This document shows, one piece after another, positions 1 through 10,347 of a stretch of 64,000 nucleotides of DNA (within the stretch, counting starts at the first letter, position 1; every line of letters starts with the position of its first letter). The translations under genes and the position numbers were made by a program. The stretch is from IMG/VR virus record IMGVR_UViG_3300028025_002789, positions 33,729 through 97,728 of that record; one strand, 5' to 3'. The DNA comes from a virus. The notes beneath the pieces were generated by a model. The model did no database searches, was not told where the DNA came from, and was given only the letters and a program-made list of their open reading frames with translations.

Positions 1-1
1 C

Positions 2-1438
2 TCTACCTTAGATATACCATTAGTTGGAGACTCATCATCAGATGTAGGATTGTTCTATAGCAATAAGAATATTACATTTAAATTAAATTCTCAAGAAATT
101 ACATGGACGATTCCATATACAAAGAAAGCGCTTCATATAGTAGCTACATATACCCCTACAAATGCATATCTTTACATTGACGGTAAGATGGAGGTCCAGA
201 AAGATCTTACTAATTTTGCATTTAATAACTCTAGCCTAAATCTATCTTCTGGCCCAGTAAATAACTCTAATGACTACATGCTAATAAATTCAGTTGCTAT
301 CTACAGATACTCACTAAGTCCTCAATCAATTAAAAGCCATTATGATAATGGAAAGACAATTGATTCAAATCAGGTAGTATATCCAGATGGGGGAGAGCTA
401 TTTAACATATACGATAATGCATTGTCGACAAAGTACTCATACTCTTATCCAGCTAATAGACAATGGGAAGACTTTTTGACTGATGATTTATACTATGACA
501 ATATAAATGATGCGATAAGAATTTCTTCAGGAACTGGTATTGCAAAAACCGTTATACTTAATGATTTTATAACTATCCCAAGCGGTGCAGAAATGGATGA
601 CTCCAGAATAGAATGGAGCGGAAATAATGGAATTACAGTCCAGACAAGTATTGACGGGATAACCTATCAGTCTTGTGTAAATGGTCAAGCAATTCCTCAA
701 TATTCTCTAGCATCATTTAATGCCTCTAGAAATCTATATATAAGAATTACAATGACAACATCAAATGATAGCCTATACCTTCCTAAACTATATAGCCTAT
801 CAATGAGCTTTTATAATAATCAAGTATTCTATGCAAATAACTCAGCCTCATATATCTCTCCTCTTCAGGGAGATGTAGGATTAAGCAATAGTAGATATGA
901 GCTATTATCAAGGGATGCAAGAAATGGAATAGCCCTAGAAACAGGATCAGCATTTTCAATTAATACTAGTACCTTAACTAAATCATTAGAGTTCTTCTAT
1001 ACTCCATCTACAATAAATAACGGCGGGCTAGTAAAATCAACTTCTGGATCTGGATATTCAGCATCTAACTTCTCTTGGTCATCAGGAACAATATCCAAAA
1101 CCAATATAGCCAAGATATATGTCAATGGAGTAGATAAGAGCACCCAGACAGATATCCATAATATTTTTGCCAAGGATCAGATGTATTATGTGGTTATCAC
1201 ATTTACTAATCCTATATCTGGGCAGATTGATATAAACTACTCTACCGCTGGCGCAATTTCGGCACTTTACCAGAATATAGCCATATATGATTATGCCCTA
1301 ACCTTAAGTCAGGTAGTAGAACATTTTAACCTATACCTAGGAAATGCAACCGTATCCCTATCTAATTCGTTAATGACCATGACAGAAAACTCTTTTAATT
1401 ACTATAATTACGACTGGACCGTAGTACAAAATATATAA
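2..1438 (+). CDS. Virion structural protein with LamG/concanavalin A-like domains (5' truncated)
   Basis: Frame is open back to the window edge. LamG-type motifs HIVATY...LYIDGK, AIYRYSLS...I..HY and a second AIYDYALT...V.EHF. Lies just upstream of the head genes. Confidence 0.7.
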   Translation, partial: STLDIPLVGDSSSDVGLFYSNKNITFKLNSQEITWTIPYTKKALHIVATYTPTNAYLYIDGKMEVQKDLTNFAFNNSSLNLSSGPVNNSNDYMLINSVAIYRYSLSPQSIKSHYDNGKTIDSNQVVYPDGGELFNIYDNALSTKYSYSYPANRQWEDFLTDDLYYDNINDAIRISSGTGIAKTVILNDFITIPSGAEMDDSRIEWSGNNGITVQTSIDGITYQSCVNGQAIPQYSLASFNASRNLYIRITMTTSNDSLYLPKLYSLSMSFYNNQVFYANNSASYISPLQGDVGLSNSRYELLSRDARNGIALETGSAFSINTSTLTKSLEFFYTPSTINNGGLVKSTSGSGYSASNFSWSSGTISKTNIAKIYVNGVDKSTQTDIHNIFAKDQMYYVVITFTNPISGQIDINYSTAGAISALYQNIAIYDYALTLSQVVEHFNLYLGNATVSLSNSLMTMTENSFNYYNYDWTVVQNI

Positions 1439-1463
1439 TTTTGTCACAACCCCTGACAATATC

Positions 1464-1492
1464 TGGACTTTAACCCAAAAGAATGGTAAAAT
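1464..1492 (+). promoter_or_regulatory. SigA-type promoter, leaderless
   Basis: TGGACT-N17-TAAAAT with extended TG; ATG 8 nt downstream; no SD. Confidence 0.65.
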
Positions 1493-1500
1493 TGTGATCT

Positions 1501-1848
1501 ATGGATATTAATAAGATCAATACTCAGGTATTAGAAGAAGAAACTAGATTAGGCATATATGTTTGGGAAATGCCTGACGGAAAGTGGATAGGCGATGACG
1601 AAGGAAATTTTCTCTCAATCACATCAACAAAAGGAAACAAATCTAGAGTTAATGCACTGGCTGATGAAGTTAGGTCATACGGTATTCTTGAAGGCAGGCC
1701 TTTATTTCTTTCTGGACGCAGGAAGATCGACGACGAAGAATACCAGTATCAACAACAAAGATTAAAGTGGGGCCTTGTCCCAGATCCTATGGATGTAGGA
1801 AACTATAAAGACGAGATGAAAGCTTTGAAAAACGGAGGAGCAAAATAA
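1501..1848 (+). CDS. Hypothetical protein upstream of portal
   Basis: 115 aa ORF coupled to portal by a TAATG overlap. Confidence 0.75.
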   Translation: MDINKINTQVLEEETRLGIYVWEMPDGKWIGDDEGNFLSITSTKGNKSRVNALADEVRSYGILEGRPLFLSGRRKIDDEEYQYQQQRLKWGLVPDPMDVGNYKDEMKALKNGGAK

Positions 1849-3431
1849 TGGAATATGTAGAAGACAACGATACATTTAGCAATGAGGTATCTATATCAAA
1901 TTCATCTGATTTATTTAGCTTTAGCCAACCAGTAGTAATTGAAACCGATCCATTTAAAATAGAAGGCGAAGATTTAAAAAAAGTAATTGGACTAAGTCCA
2001 GCATTTCGTAGAAAAGTATCTAGAGATCTACAGAAAAGCTTTACTGGAATTGAAGGAACTGGAACACAGCAGAACCTATTGCAGCAAGCAGTAACTGGCT
2101 ATGCAATGTTTGACCTTGTTCAACCAGTATACAATTTAGAATATCTTTCAAAGATATATGAAATTTCTCCATACAACTATGCAGCAATTAATGCTAAGGT
2201 TGCAAACATAGTCGGACTTGGATACTCATTTGTTGAAAGCAAAAAAGCGATGGAAGCACTAGACAATATTGAAGATGCTACACAGCTAACTCGTGCTAGA
2301 CGAAAGATGGATAGAGTCAGACAGCAGTTAGATATTTGGCTAGAGGATGTAAATCAGGAAGAAACATTTGTTGAAACTCTAGTAAAAGTATATACAGATT
2401 TAGAAGCAACAGGAAATGGCTTCATTGAAATAGGCAGAACAACTAGCGGGAACATAGGATATATTGGACATATTCCAGCAAAGACTATGCGTGTTCGTAG
2501 ACTTCGTGACGGATTTATACAGCTACTTTACGGCAAGGCAGTATTCTTTAGAAACTTTGGCGACATGGAAACAGAGAATCCAATTGCTGGTCAAGAAGAT
2601 AGACCAAATGAAATTATTCATTTGAAGAAATATACCCCTATGAATAATTACTATGGAATTCCAGATATTGTTGCATCACAAAATGCAATGGCTGGAAACG
2701 AGTTTGCTGGTAAATACAACCTAGACTACTTTGAAAACAAGGCAGTACCACGTTATATTATTACAGTAAAGGGAGCAAAGCTTTCACCAGAATCAGAAAG
2801 AAAGCTTCTTGAGTTTTTCCAGGTAGGCCTTAAGGGCAAGAACCATAGATCACTTTATGTTCCACTTCCAGCAGATTCATCTGACTCGAAGGTAGAATTT
2901 AAGATGGATCCAGTAGAGGCTAATATTCAGGACTCATCATTTAATAATTATAGAAAAGCTAACCGTGATGAAATTCTTTTATCTCATCGTGTTCCAATTA
3001 ATAAAATTGGAGTCCCAGAAGGAGTCAGCCTTGCCTCAGCGAGAGATGCCGATAAAATGTTTAAAGAGCAGGTATGTCGTCCAGCACAGGATATTCTAGA
3101 AAAGAAATTAAATAGAATTATTGCAGAAAAAACAGACATACTTATTTTGAAGTTTAATGAGCTAACCCTTACAGACGAAGACACTCAATCTAAAATTGAT
3201 GAGAGATATTTGCGTATGCAGGTTATTACCCCAAATGAGGTAAGAATCCGAAAGGGAATGATTCCAATTGACGGTGGGGATGAAGTAATTCAATTAAAGC
3301 CTCAACAGGCAGCGGAACAAACAGCCCAAGCAATGAATAGTAGAGCCCGAACTCAAGAAAGAGATTCTAACTCACCTGATATTTCAGGGGAGGCCAGAAA
3401 CCCAAAAGGTGAGGGTAGGGTCACAGCTTAA
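1848..3431 (+). CDS. Portal protein
   Basis: Motifs TGNGFIEIGR, EIIHLKKY...YYGIP, YFENKAVP, HRVP, ITPNEVR typical of HK97/PBSX-like portals; SD GGAGG. Confidence 0.93.
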   Translation: MEYVEDNDTFSNEVSISNSSDLFSFSQPVVIETDPFKIEGEDLKKVIGLSPAFRRKVSRDLQKSFTGIEGTGTQQNLLQQAVTGYAMFDLVQPVYNLEYLSKIYEISPYNYAAINAKVANIVGLGYSFVESKKAMEALDNIEDATQLTRARRKMDRVRQQLDIWLEDVNQEETFVETLVKVYTDLEATGNGFIEIGRTTSGNIGYIGHIPAKTMRVRRLRDGFIQLLYGKAVFFRNFGDMETENPIAGQEDRPNEIIHLKKYTPMNNYYGIPDIVASQNAMAGNEFAGKYNLDYFENKAVPRYIITVKGAKLSPESERKLLEFFQVGLKGKNHRSLYVPLPADSSDSKVEFKMDPVEANIQDSSFNNYRKANRDEILLSHRVPINKIGVPEGVSLASARDADKMFKEQVCRPAQDILEKKLNRIIAEKTDILILKFNELTLTDEDTQSKIDERYLRMQVITPNEVRIRKGMIPIDGGDEVIQLKPQQAAEQTAQAMNSRARTQERDSNSPDISGEARNPKGEGRVTA

Positions 3432-3450
3432 TTATTAGGCAACTAGTTAT

Positions 3451-3479
3451 TTGCCTTTTTACATTTTAAAAGATAAAAT
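3451..3479 (+). promoter_or_regulatory. Promoter of protease/capsid operon, leaderless
   Basis: TTGCCT-N17-TAAAAT; ATG at 3487 is 7 nt downstream. Confidence 0.65.
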
Positions 3480-3486
3480 TAAGCAT

Positions 3487-4797
3487 ATGAATATTGAAAA
3501 ATCTTTATGGTCTTCTCATGGCGATAACATCAGCTTATCTGTCCCATTCACTAAAGTCAATCGTGAAAAAAGAACTGTTTCTGGATTCGCAACTTTAGAT
3601 AACATTGATCAAACAAATGATCTAGTAACTGCAGAAGCAAGCCTGAAAGCTTTTGAAAATTTCCGTGGCAATATCCGTGAAATGCATGGATCAAATGCTG
3701 TAGGCAAAATGCTTTCATTTAGACCAGAAACATTTTATGACCCAGCAACAAAAGAATTTTATAGCGGAGTATATGTAGATGCATATGTTTCTAAAGGCGC
3801 ACAAGATACATGGGAAAAAGTTTTAGATGGAACTCTACAGGGATTTTCAATTGGCGGGAAAATCACAGAGTCAGATAACGAAGTAAATAAGTCAACAGGT
3901 AAGACTGTAAGATTTATTAAAGGCTACGACCTACTTGAGCTTTCAATTGTAGACTCGCCAGCAAATGAATTGTGTAATATTTTATCAATTCAGAAAGCAA
4001 ACGGTTCTTTAATTTTTAAAGGTATTGCGGCAGAAGTTACTACAGAAAACATTTTTTATTGCGAAGAAAGCAAATCAGTATTCATCTCACAAGATGCATC
4101 ATATGATTCCCCTGTTACTGGTAAACCAGCAGCACTAATTGGGTGGGTAGAGTCAAACGATGTTAATAAATCAAAAGAGATAGATAAAATTCTTGATTCA
4201 TTTTTGAAGTCAAGATTACCGTTGCCTGAAAGACAAACAATTGCAAAACAGGCAAACGTAGAAGGAGGTAGTGAAGTGTCAGAAAACACAGAAACAGTAG
4301 TAGTTGAAGAAACTGCTCCAGTAGAAACACCAGTTGTTGCTGAGGAAGCACCAGCTGTTGAAGTAGCTGCAGAAGATGCAGTTGCAGACGCTTCTGCCGA
4401 AACTCTAGAAAAAGCAGCCGACGTATCAGAAGTTGAGGTTGATGAACCTGATTTTGCAAAGATGCTTGGTGATTTAAAGGGCTTTTTCTCAGAGACTCTA
4501 AATAAAGCTTCTGAGGCAAATGCAGCACAGGTTTCAACTATTAAAGAAACAGTAGAAACTTTTAGCAAGAGCGTCGATAGCAGAATTTCAGAATTGGCAG
4601 AACAACATGCCGTACTAAGCAAGGCTGTTGAAGATATCAAGGGCACAATTGATGGCGTAGAAAAGCGTGTCGATGCAGTTGAATCAGAGACTGCAATTAA
4701 GAAGTCCTCTGACCTTGGCGGGTCACAGGAAGTAACAATCAAAAAATCTAAATGGAACGGTTCTTTCCTCGGTTCCGTGAACGAATTATTTAACTAA
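3487..4797 (+). CDS. Prohead (capsid maturation) protease fused to scaffold
   Basis: N-terminal HK97/XkdF-like protease (IREMH, GFSIGG, ELSIVDSPAN), acidic linker, C-terminal coiled coil. Start moved to ATG 3487. Confidence 0.88.
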   Translation: MNIEKSLWSSHGDNISLSVPFTKVNREKRTVSGFATLDNIDQTNDLVTAEASLKAFENFRGNIREMHGSNAVGKMLSFRPETFYDPATKEFYSGVYVDAYVSKGAQDTWEKVLDGTLQGFSIGGKITESDNEVNKSTGKTVRFIKGYDLLELSIVDSPANELCNILSIQKANGSLIFKGIAAEVTTENIFYCEESKSVFISQDASYDSPVTGKPAALIGWVESNDVNKSKEIDKILDSFLKSRLPLPERQTIAKQANVEGGSEVSENTETVVVEETAPVETPVVAEEAPAVEVAAEDAVADASAETLEKAADVSEVEVDEPDFAKMLGDLKGFFSETLNKASEANAAQVSTIKETVETFSKSVDSRISELAEQHAVLSKAVEDIKGTIDGVEKRVDAVESETAIKKSSDLGGSQEVTIKKSKWNGSFLGSVNELFN

Positions 4798-4818
4798 AAA
4801 GGGTAGGTGAAACAAACA

Positions 4819-5871
4819 ATGAGCAATGAATTATTAGAAAAGACAATTGCAGCAGGTACAACTGCTACAGGTACATTCGCATCCACTACAGGTGGGTCAG
4901 GAGTACACCGTGGATCAGAAAATGGCAACGGTGGTCTATTAAATGCAGAACAATCAGCTCGCTTTTTAGACTATATGTTCGACGCAACCGTAATTGGTAA
5001 AGTCGCCCGTACAGTCCGCATGAGAGCAGACACTACAGAAATTGATCGTATGTCAGTTGGAGAGAAGCTTATGAAGCTTGCAACTGAAGGAGACGACACA
5101 GCAGCAAACAGCGCTGTTACTTTCTCAAAGATCTCTTTGACAACAAAGAAACTTCGCTTGGATTGGGAGCTTTCAACAGAGTCTCTAGAAGACAACATTG
5201 AAGGTGCTGATCTAGAAGATCACATTGCCCGCTTGATGGCAACACAGGCAGGTAATGACATTGAAGATGTAATCCTTAACGGAAATACATCTCTAACTTC
5301 AGATGCACTATACAAGTCATTTGACGGTATTGTTAAGAAGGCAAAGGCTAGCGGTCACGTTGTTGACGCAGGTGGAGCTGCAGTAAGTCGTGCTGTATTT
5401 AACAGCGCTCTTAAGGCTCTTCCACGTAAGTACAAGCAACGCCGTTCAGATCTTCGCTTCCTAGCAGGATCAAACTTGATTCAAGATTTCCTATATGCTA
5501 ACAGCATTGGAACAAACAACACAATTCCACAAGATATTGCTTCAAGCATTATCCGTGGACAAGAGGTACAACCATTAGGTGGACCTGCAGGATATGTGGC
5601 ACCATTCGCATTCGGTATTCCGATTGTTGAAGTTCCACTTCTTCCAGAAGCACAAGATGGCGATTACACAGGAGAGACTGGCAACCACGGAGACATCCAC
5701 TTGACATTCCCAAATAACGTAGTTATTGGTATCAAGCGTGACGTAACTGTTTACCGCTTCTTCTGGCCACGTAAGGACTCAATTGAGTACACAATGTATA
5801 CTCGTGTTGGTGTTCAAATCGAGCAGGCAGATGCCTGGGTCGTTGTGAAGAACGTAAAAGTAGCTTCATAA
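4819..5871 (+). CDS. Major capsid protein (HK97 fold)
   Basis: Follows scaffold; GGLLNAEQ...F, ELSTESLEDNIEG, FDGIVK, FGIPIVEVP; strong terminator after it. Confidence 0.93.
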   Translation: MSNELLEKTIAAGTTATGTFASTTGGSGVHRGSENGNGGLLNAEQSARFLDYMFDATVIGKVARTVRMRADTTEIDRMSVGEKLMKLATEGDDTAANSAVTFSKISLTTKKLRLDWELSTESLEDNIEGADLEDHIARLMATQAGNDIEDVILNGNTSLTSDALYKSFDGIVKKAKASGHVVDAGGAAVSRAVFNSALKALPRKYKQRRSDLRFLAGSNLIQDFLYANSIGTNNTIPQDIASSIIRGQEVQPLGGPAGYVAPFAFGIPIVEVPLLPEAQDGDYTGETGNHGDIHLTFPNNVVIGIKRDVTVYRFFWPRKDSIEYTMYTRVGVQIEQADAWVVVKNVKVAS

Positions 5872-5888
5872 TAGGATTAATTCCGCAA

Positions 5889-5925
5889 GAAAGGCCCCCA
5901 ATTAATTTTGGGGGCTTTTCATTTT
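5889..5925 (+). terminator. Intrinsic terminator after the capsid gene
   Basis: GAAAGGCCCCCAA-ttaatt-TTGGGGGCTTTTC followed by a T-rich tract. Confidence 0.85.
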
Positions 5926-5971
5926 AATTTAGTAATGCTATAATTAAATAACCTAGATTAAGGAGATTACT

Positions 5972-6373
5972 ATGTCATTCGAGACATTAAAGATATCTGA
6001 ACTTAGAAAGATCGCTGAAGATTTCGGCGTAGACACAGAAACATTAAAGAATAAAAATGATATTGTTGCATCCCTAGCAGACGAAGGCGTTACTTGGGCG
6101 GTATATCAAAAAACCATTAAAGACGTAGAGGATGCCAAGGAAGATATTTCTCACGAAATTCTACCTAAATTTGATCCAAAAGCGGAGCAGCCAGAAAATA
6201 CTGTTTTAGTTAGAATGACAAGAGCTAACTTTAGGTATGATATTATGGGATTCACCTTTACTAAAGATCACCCATTTGTGGCAATGGATAAAGAAAAGGC
6301 ACAAGAAATTTTTGACAAGGAGGAGGGTTTTAGATTAGCTAATCCAAAGGAAGTTCAAGAGTTCTATAGCTAA
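5972..6373 (+). CDS. Head-module protein with N-terminal Rho-N/HeH-like helical domain
   Basis: LKISELRKIAEDFGV...KNDIV pattern; SD AAGGAG; TGCTATAAT upstream. Confidence 0.6.
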   Translation: MSFETLKISELRKIAEDFGVDTETLKNKNDIVASLADEGVTWAVYQKTIKDVEDAKEDISHEILPKFDPKAEQPENTVLVRMTRANFRYDIMGFTFTKDHPFVAMDKEKAQEIFDKEEGFRLANPKEVQEFYS

Positions 6374-6385
6374 TAAAACCCATGT

Positions 6386-7363
6386 ATGGCAGAGGTATAC
6401 AAAAATTCTAACGCACCAATAAGTACAAAGATATTTTTTGGTGGAGAAATTGTTGACGCAGACTCAACAGTTTTAGTTCAGCTATACGATATTACTAGTC
6501 CTTCTGCATCTACAAATCCATATAACCCAGGCACCCCAGTAGGAATATACCAGGCAACAAAAGTTGAAACGGATACTGGATCATATAAATTAAACTTACC
6601 ATTTACATTAACGACTGTAGATAGAAAATTTAGGGTTCACTGGATTTATCAGTATCAAGGTCAAGAATTAATGCATTACACATTTGCCGATGTAGTAACC
6701 CCATACTGCAATATAATTGAGGCCATAGAGGATTTAAACATAGGATCAGATCAGTCTGACCCAAACTATAAGACATATCATGAAATTGCCATGGCTGAAA
6801 AGTATGCTAGAAAAATAATTGATGACTATACTGGACAGAACTTTACTCTGTATACAGACACAGAAACAGTATATGGATCTGGCTCAGACATTCTACCAAC
6901 TTCATATAAACTTCATACTTTAGAAAAGCTATACGCTAATGATATTTTATTAATAGACAACATTAATCAAATAAACAATATTGGCTATAACTTACAGGTA
7001 TCAGAATCTGGTTTTGGTATAAGATTAAATAGAAATAATATAGTTGACAACACAGTATACGTTGCAAATGGAATGGTTCCGCCATCTCTATACGGAGAAG
7101 GATTTTTTAATAAAAATACAACATATATTTTGCAAGGAAAATTTGGATGGAATAGAGTTCCAGACGAAGTAGAGCAAGCATGTATACAGCTCATCGGACA
7201 TTTCTTTGATAAAGATAGACACTGGAAAGATCAGTATGTAAAATCAATACAGACATTCGACTGGAAGATTGATTATAATTCAGACATTCATTCTGGCACA
7301 GGCTGCGCCTACGCAGACAAGCTTCTATCCCCATATGTTTTAAATCAAATGGTTGTGATCTAA
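6386..7363 (+). CDS. Head-to-tail adaptor
   Basis: Synteny; IIDDYTGQ and GW..VPDEVEQACIQL motifs of connector proteins. Confidence 0.75.
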   Translation: MAEVYKNSNAPISTKIFFGGEIVDADSTVLVQLYDITSPSASTNPYNPGTPVGIYQATKVETDTGSYKLNLPFTLTTVDRKFRVHWIYQYQGQELMHYTFADVVTPYCNIIEAIEDLNIGSDQSDPNYKTYHEIAMAEKYARKIIDDYTGQNFTLYTDTETVYGSGSDILPTSYKLHTLEKLYANDILLIDNINQINNIGYNLQVSESGFGIRLNRNNIVDNTVYVANGMVPPSLYGEGFFNKNTTYILQGKFGWNRVPDEVEQACIQLIGHFFDKDRHWKDQYVKSIQTFDWKIDYNSDIHSGTGCAYADKLLSPYVLNQMVVI

Positions 7364-7792
7364 ATGTTTTCAGTCATAGACTCAGTTCTGTCTATGAAAA
7401 TGGATGTGTATAGACAGTCTGATGCACAGAATCCAGATACTGGGGCAATCATAAAAGAGTGGAATTATTACAAGACACTAGATTGTCATGCAAAAGGCGT
7501 CATTAGCAATTCAGCTACTACCCGCTCAAGCGATAAGCAAGTATTTGATAATAGATATTTAAACGATCAGGTGATTCAAATTAGAACATCTGAGAGACTT
7601 ATTCTCAGAGAAAAAATTACTAACGTTAGAGATAAAGACGGTAATATAATCTGGGCAGAGATTAACTTTCCCACAGAAACACCAACAGTATTTGAAGTAA
7701 TAGGAACAACCCCGATAACAGATCCATTTGGAAGAGTAATTGGATACAACTCATCTATGAAGAGATCGGAGAACCAGCAAATTGGAATCTAG
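7364..7792 (+). CDS. Head closure/stopper protein
   Basis: Synteny, size and beta-rich pattern. Confidence 0.6.
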   Translation: MFSVIDSVLSMKMDVYRQSDAQNPDTGAIIKEWNYYKTLDCHAKGVISNSATTRSSDKQVFDNRYLNDQVIQIRTSERLILREKITNVRDKDGNIIWAEINFPTETPTVFEVIGTTPITDPFGRVIGYNSSMKRSENQQIGI

Positions 7793-8570
7793 TAAATTAC
7801 TGGTACAGGCAGCAAGCAGCCTTGAAAGATTAATGGTTGGAAACTCAAGAGATGCCTCAATTAAGGATAGCAATGTAGCGCAAATATCTGCAGCAATATA
7901 CTATCAGGCTAATGTCATTGCTAAATTGACAGAAAGCAAGCAATTTAAAGACAAATTTAAATCTGTGATATTCGCACAAATTCTAAAAGACTTTGGAAAT
8001 TATGTAGACGCACAGGCTAGAGTAAAACCTAATTCCCTACATCATATGTATGAGTGGAAAAAGGCAGGAGATGAAAAGGCAAGACTATTTAATCTAAGAA
8101 TGATAGATGGAGAAGGAGTCTCATTTAAAATATCTTATGAGTATAAATTATCTAAATCATTTGTTCCAGCCCCAGAAGGAAGAAGAAGACACGTATTCTC
8201 AAATAAAGCTTCCGTGATGGAGGCTGGAATGCCTCTAATAATTGCTCCACGCCATTCTGAGAGGCTTGTATTCGATTCTAATGGTCAGACTATCTTTATG
8301 CCCAAAGGGGCCTCAGTGACCGTTAAAAGGCCTGGAGGAAGCGGTGTAAAAAATCAGTTTACTTTAAAGTATAGTATATTTTTTAGAAGTCAATTAGTTA
8401 ATCAATCTATTAAGGCTTCAGGATTCCAGAGACTATTTAACTCATCATTGACAAAAGCAATGAATCTTCCAGCATCAATTAAAAAGGTTCAATATTCATT
8501 CTCACCAAATACTATTAGATCTATGGCGGACTCAGCAGTAACACAATCATTTGGAGGTGCAATGGTATGA
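7782..8570 (+). CDS. Neck/tail completion protein
   Basis: Synteny between stopper and tail terminator. Confidence 0.5.
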   Translation: MESSKLLVQAASSLERLMVGNSRDASIKDSNVAQISAAIYYQANVIAKLTESKQFKDKFKSVIFAQILKDFGNYVDAQARVKPNSLHHMYEWKKAGDEKARLFNLRMIDGEGVSFKISYEYKLSKSFVPAPEGRRRHVFSNKASVMEAGMPLIIAPRHSERLVFDSNGQTIFMPKGASVTVKRPGGSGVKNQFTLKYSIFFRSQLVNQSIKASGFQRLFNSSLTKAMNLPASIKKVQYSFSPNTIRSMADSAVTQSFGGAMV

Positions 8571-9079
8571 CACCTGATTATAAATTAGACGCTATGTTTG
8601 AGCTAAGAAAATTTTTATGGAGTAAGCTTGTTCTGACTGGAATATTCGATAATGATGAATACTACAGCGACAACCTTGCCGAAACAATAATTCCAATTAT
8701 TCCAGTTCAGCAGGCTCCAGAAATGAATCAATTTTTGAGCGGGAAAAAGCATATAGTCTACGATAAGATAGGTACCTCTTATGAGGAAAACTGGATGGTA
8801 TGCTGTGAGCAAATCCTATTTACAATATACTCCACAGACTTTTCGGAAATTAATGAAATTAGAAACTTTATGATGGATCAGTTTAGAAGAATGGATGAGT
8901 CTGCTAGGGATATAAATAGGTACTCTGGATTATCTGATAAATTTAAATTTCATAGCATATTTATAGCAGATATATCTCCAACTGAGCCATCTCAAGAATT
9001 ACAGGGATTCCTCTCTGCAGACGTCATTTTAGAAGTAAAGTATTCAAGAATGGTCGACTCAGTAGGTAGATTTTTATAA
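8567..9079 (+). CDS. Tail terminator protein
   Basis: Directly upstream of the tail tube gene; size. Confidence 0.6.
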   Translation: MTPDYKLDAMFELRKFLWSKLVLTGIFDNDEYYSDNLAETIIPIIPVQQAPEMNQFLSGKKHIVYDKIGTSYEENWMVCCEQILFTIYSTDFSEINEIRNFMMDQFRRMDESARDINRYSGLSDKFKFHSIFIADISPTEPSQELQGFLSADVILEVKYSRMVDSVGRFL

Positions 9080-9080
9080 T

Positions 9081-9109
9081 TTGCCTTATAGCCTATTATG
9101 GCCTAAAAT
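9081..9109 (+). promoter_or_regulatory. Promoter of tail tube gene
   Basis: TTGCCT-N17-TAAAAT, same hexamers as the capsid operon promoter. Confidence 0.65.
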
Positions 9110-9175
9110 TGGACTAGAGGAAAGAGCCTAGCCAGCGAAACAAATTTTTAGAAACCACAGGAGGTGGAAATAAAT

Positions 9176-9901
9176 ATGGCAATTCAAAATACAGGTAATG
9201 CCCGCAATATTCTTGTAGGAGCATCACCACTATTCTTGACAGTTGAAGATTCAACTGTTTCAGGGTATGTTGAAGACATGGAAGCAGGATCACTCAGCGC
9301 TTTTGTTGCAAACAAAAACAGATCTGTACCAGCTTTCGTTCCGTCACAATCATACACTACTACATTAAATAACGTCGAGACAGTATCAGCAGCAACCGAC
9401 ACACCAGCAGGTACAAAGGGTGCAGCATACCGTAACGTAGGTTATACAAATAACGGTCTTCAAATTACTTACAATCCAACATACGATTCAGTAACAGTAG
9501 ATCAGTTGCTAGATACAGCAAAGCTTTTCAAGTCTGCGATGGAAGTTATGATCGCAACAGAAATGTCAGAAGGAACACTAGAAAACGTTCTAGTTGTATT
9601 CGGACAGAAAGCTGCAACATTAAATTCAGGAACTCTAGGATTAGAGGCAGGAGCACTTGGCTCAGCCCCTACAGAGCGTCAATTAATTGCAGTTGGACAA
9701 GCTCCAACTACAGCAGTTAACGCAAACACAGAGCGTGTATACTATGCACGTCGTGTTCTATCTGTTCAGCAATCACAGTTCTCTCTATCACGCAGCACAC
9801 CAACAACATTCCCAGTAACCTTCCGTCTTTTGCCATCAGGTAGCTCAAGCTACGTTGGCTCAGAGTACGGTAAGATTATTGACCGTGTAATCACTGCATA
9901 A
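9176..9901 (+). CDS. Major tail (tube) protein
   Basis: NILVGA, VGYTNNGLQITY, VTVDQL, FPVTFRLL motifs; SD GGAGG; terminator follows. Confidence 0.85.
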   Translation: MAIQNTGNARNILVGASPLFLTVEDSTVSGYVEDMEAGSLSAFVANKNRSVPAFVPSQSYTTTLNNVETVSAATDTPAGTKGAAYRNVGYTNNGLQITYNPTYDSVTVDQLLDTAKLFKSAMEVMIATEMSEGTLENVLVVFGQKAATLNSGTLGLEAGALGSAPTERQLIAVGQAPTTAVNANTERVYYARRVLSVQQSQFSLSRSTPTTFPVTFRLLPSGSSSYVGSEYGKIIDRVITA

Positions 9902-9922
9902 TAATTTAATTAAATTATTAAC

Positions 9923-9950
9923 GGAAGCCCTCAGAAATGAGGGCTTTCTG
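9923..9950 (+). terminator. Intrinsic terminator after tail tube
   Basis: GGAAGCCCTCA-GAAA-TGAGGGCTTTC. Confidence 0.8.
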
Positions 9951-9951
9951 C

Positions 9952-9980
9952 TTGTATTATTAAATCAAGTTTAGTATAAT
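9952..9980 (+). promoter_or_regulatory. Promoter of tail chaperone/tape measure operon
   Basis: TTGTAT-N17-TATAAT. Confidence 0.6.
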
Positions 9981-10008
9981 GATTAGGACTATCCAAGGAG
10001 GATATAAA

Positions 10009-10347
10009 TTGGCTACAACCGTATACGACGTAGAAGAAATCACCTTACAGAATGGTGACAAGGTCCGACTTAAGCCCTTAACAATTAAGGCGCTAAGAAA
10101 ATTTATGGCGGCTATCGCAAAGACAGCAACATCTCAAACAGAGGATGAAACACTAACAATTCTTATTGATGCATGTGCCGTTGCTATAGAACTACAACTA
10201 CCAGAGTTAGCAAACAACAGAGAGGCATTAGAGTCAGCATTAGATATGCCAACTATTAATCGCATCCTTGAAGTTTGCGGAGGAATTAAACTAGACGACC
10301 CAAACCTGGGAGCGGCAGCAGTTCTTCCTGGTCAGAACTCGATCTAG
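10009..10347 (+). CDS. Tail assembly chaperone (gpG-like)
   Basis: Between tail tube and tape measure; TTG start at 10009 behind SD AAGGAGG. Confidence 0.8.
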   Translation: MATTVYDVEEITLQNGDKVRLKPLTIKALRKFMAAIAKTATSQTEDETLTILIDACAVAIELQLPELANNREALESALDMPTINRILEVCGGIKLDDPNLGAAAVLPGQNSI

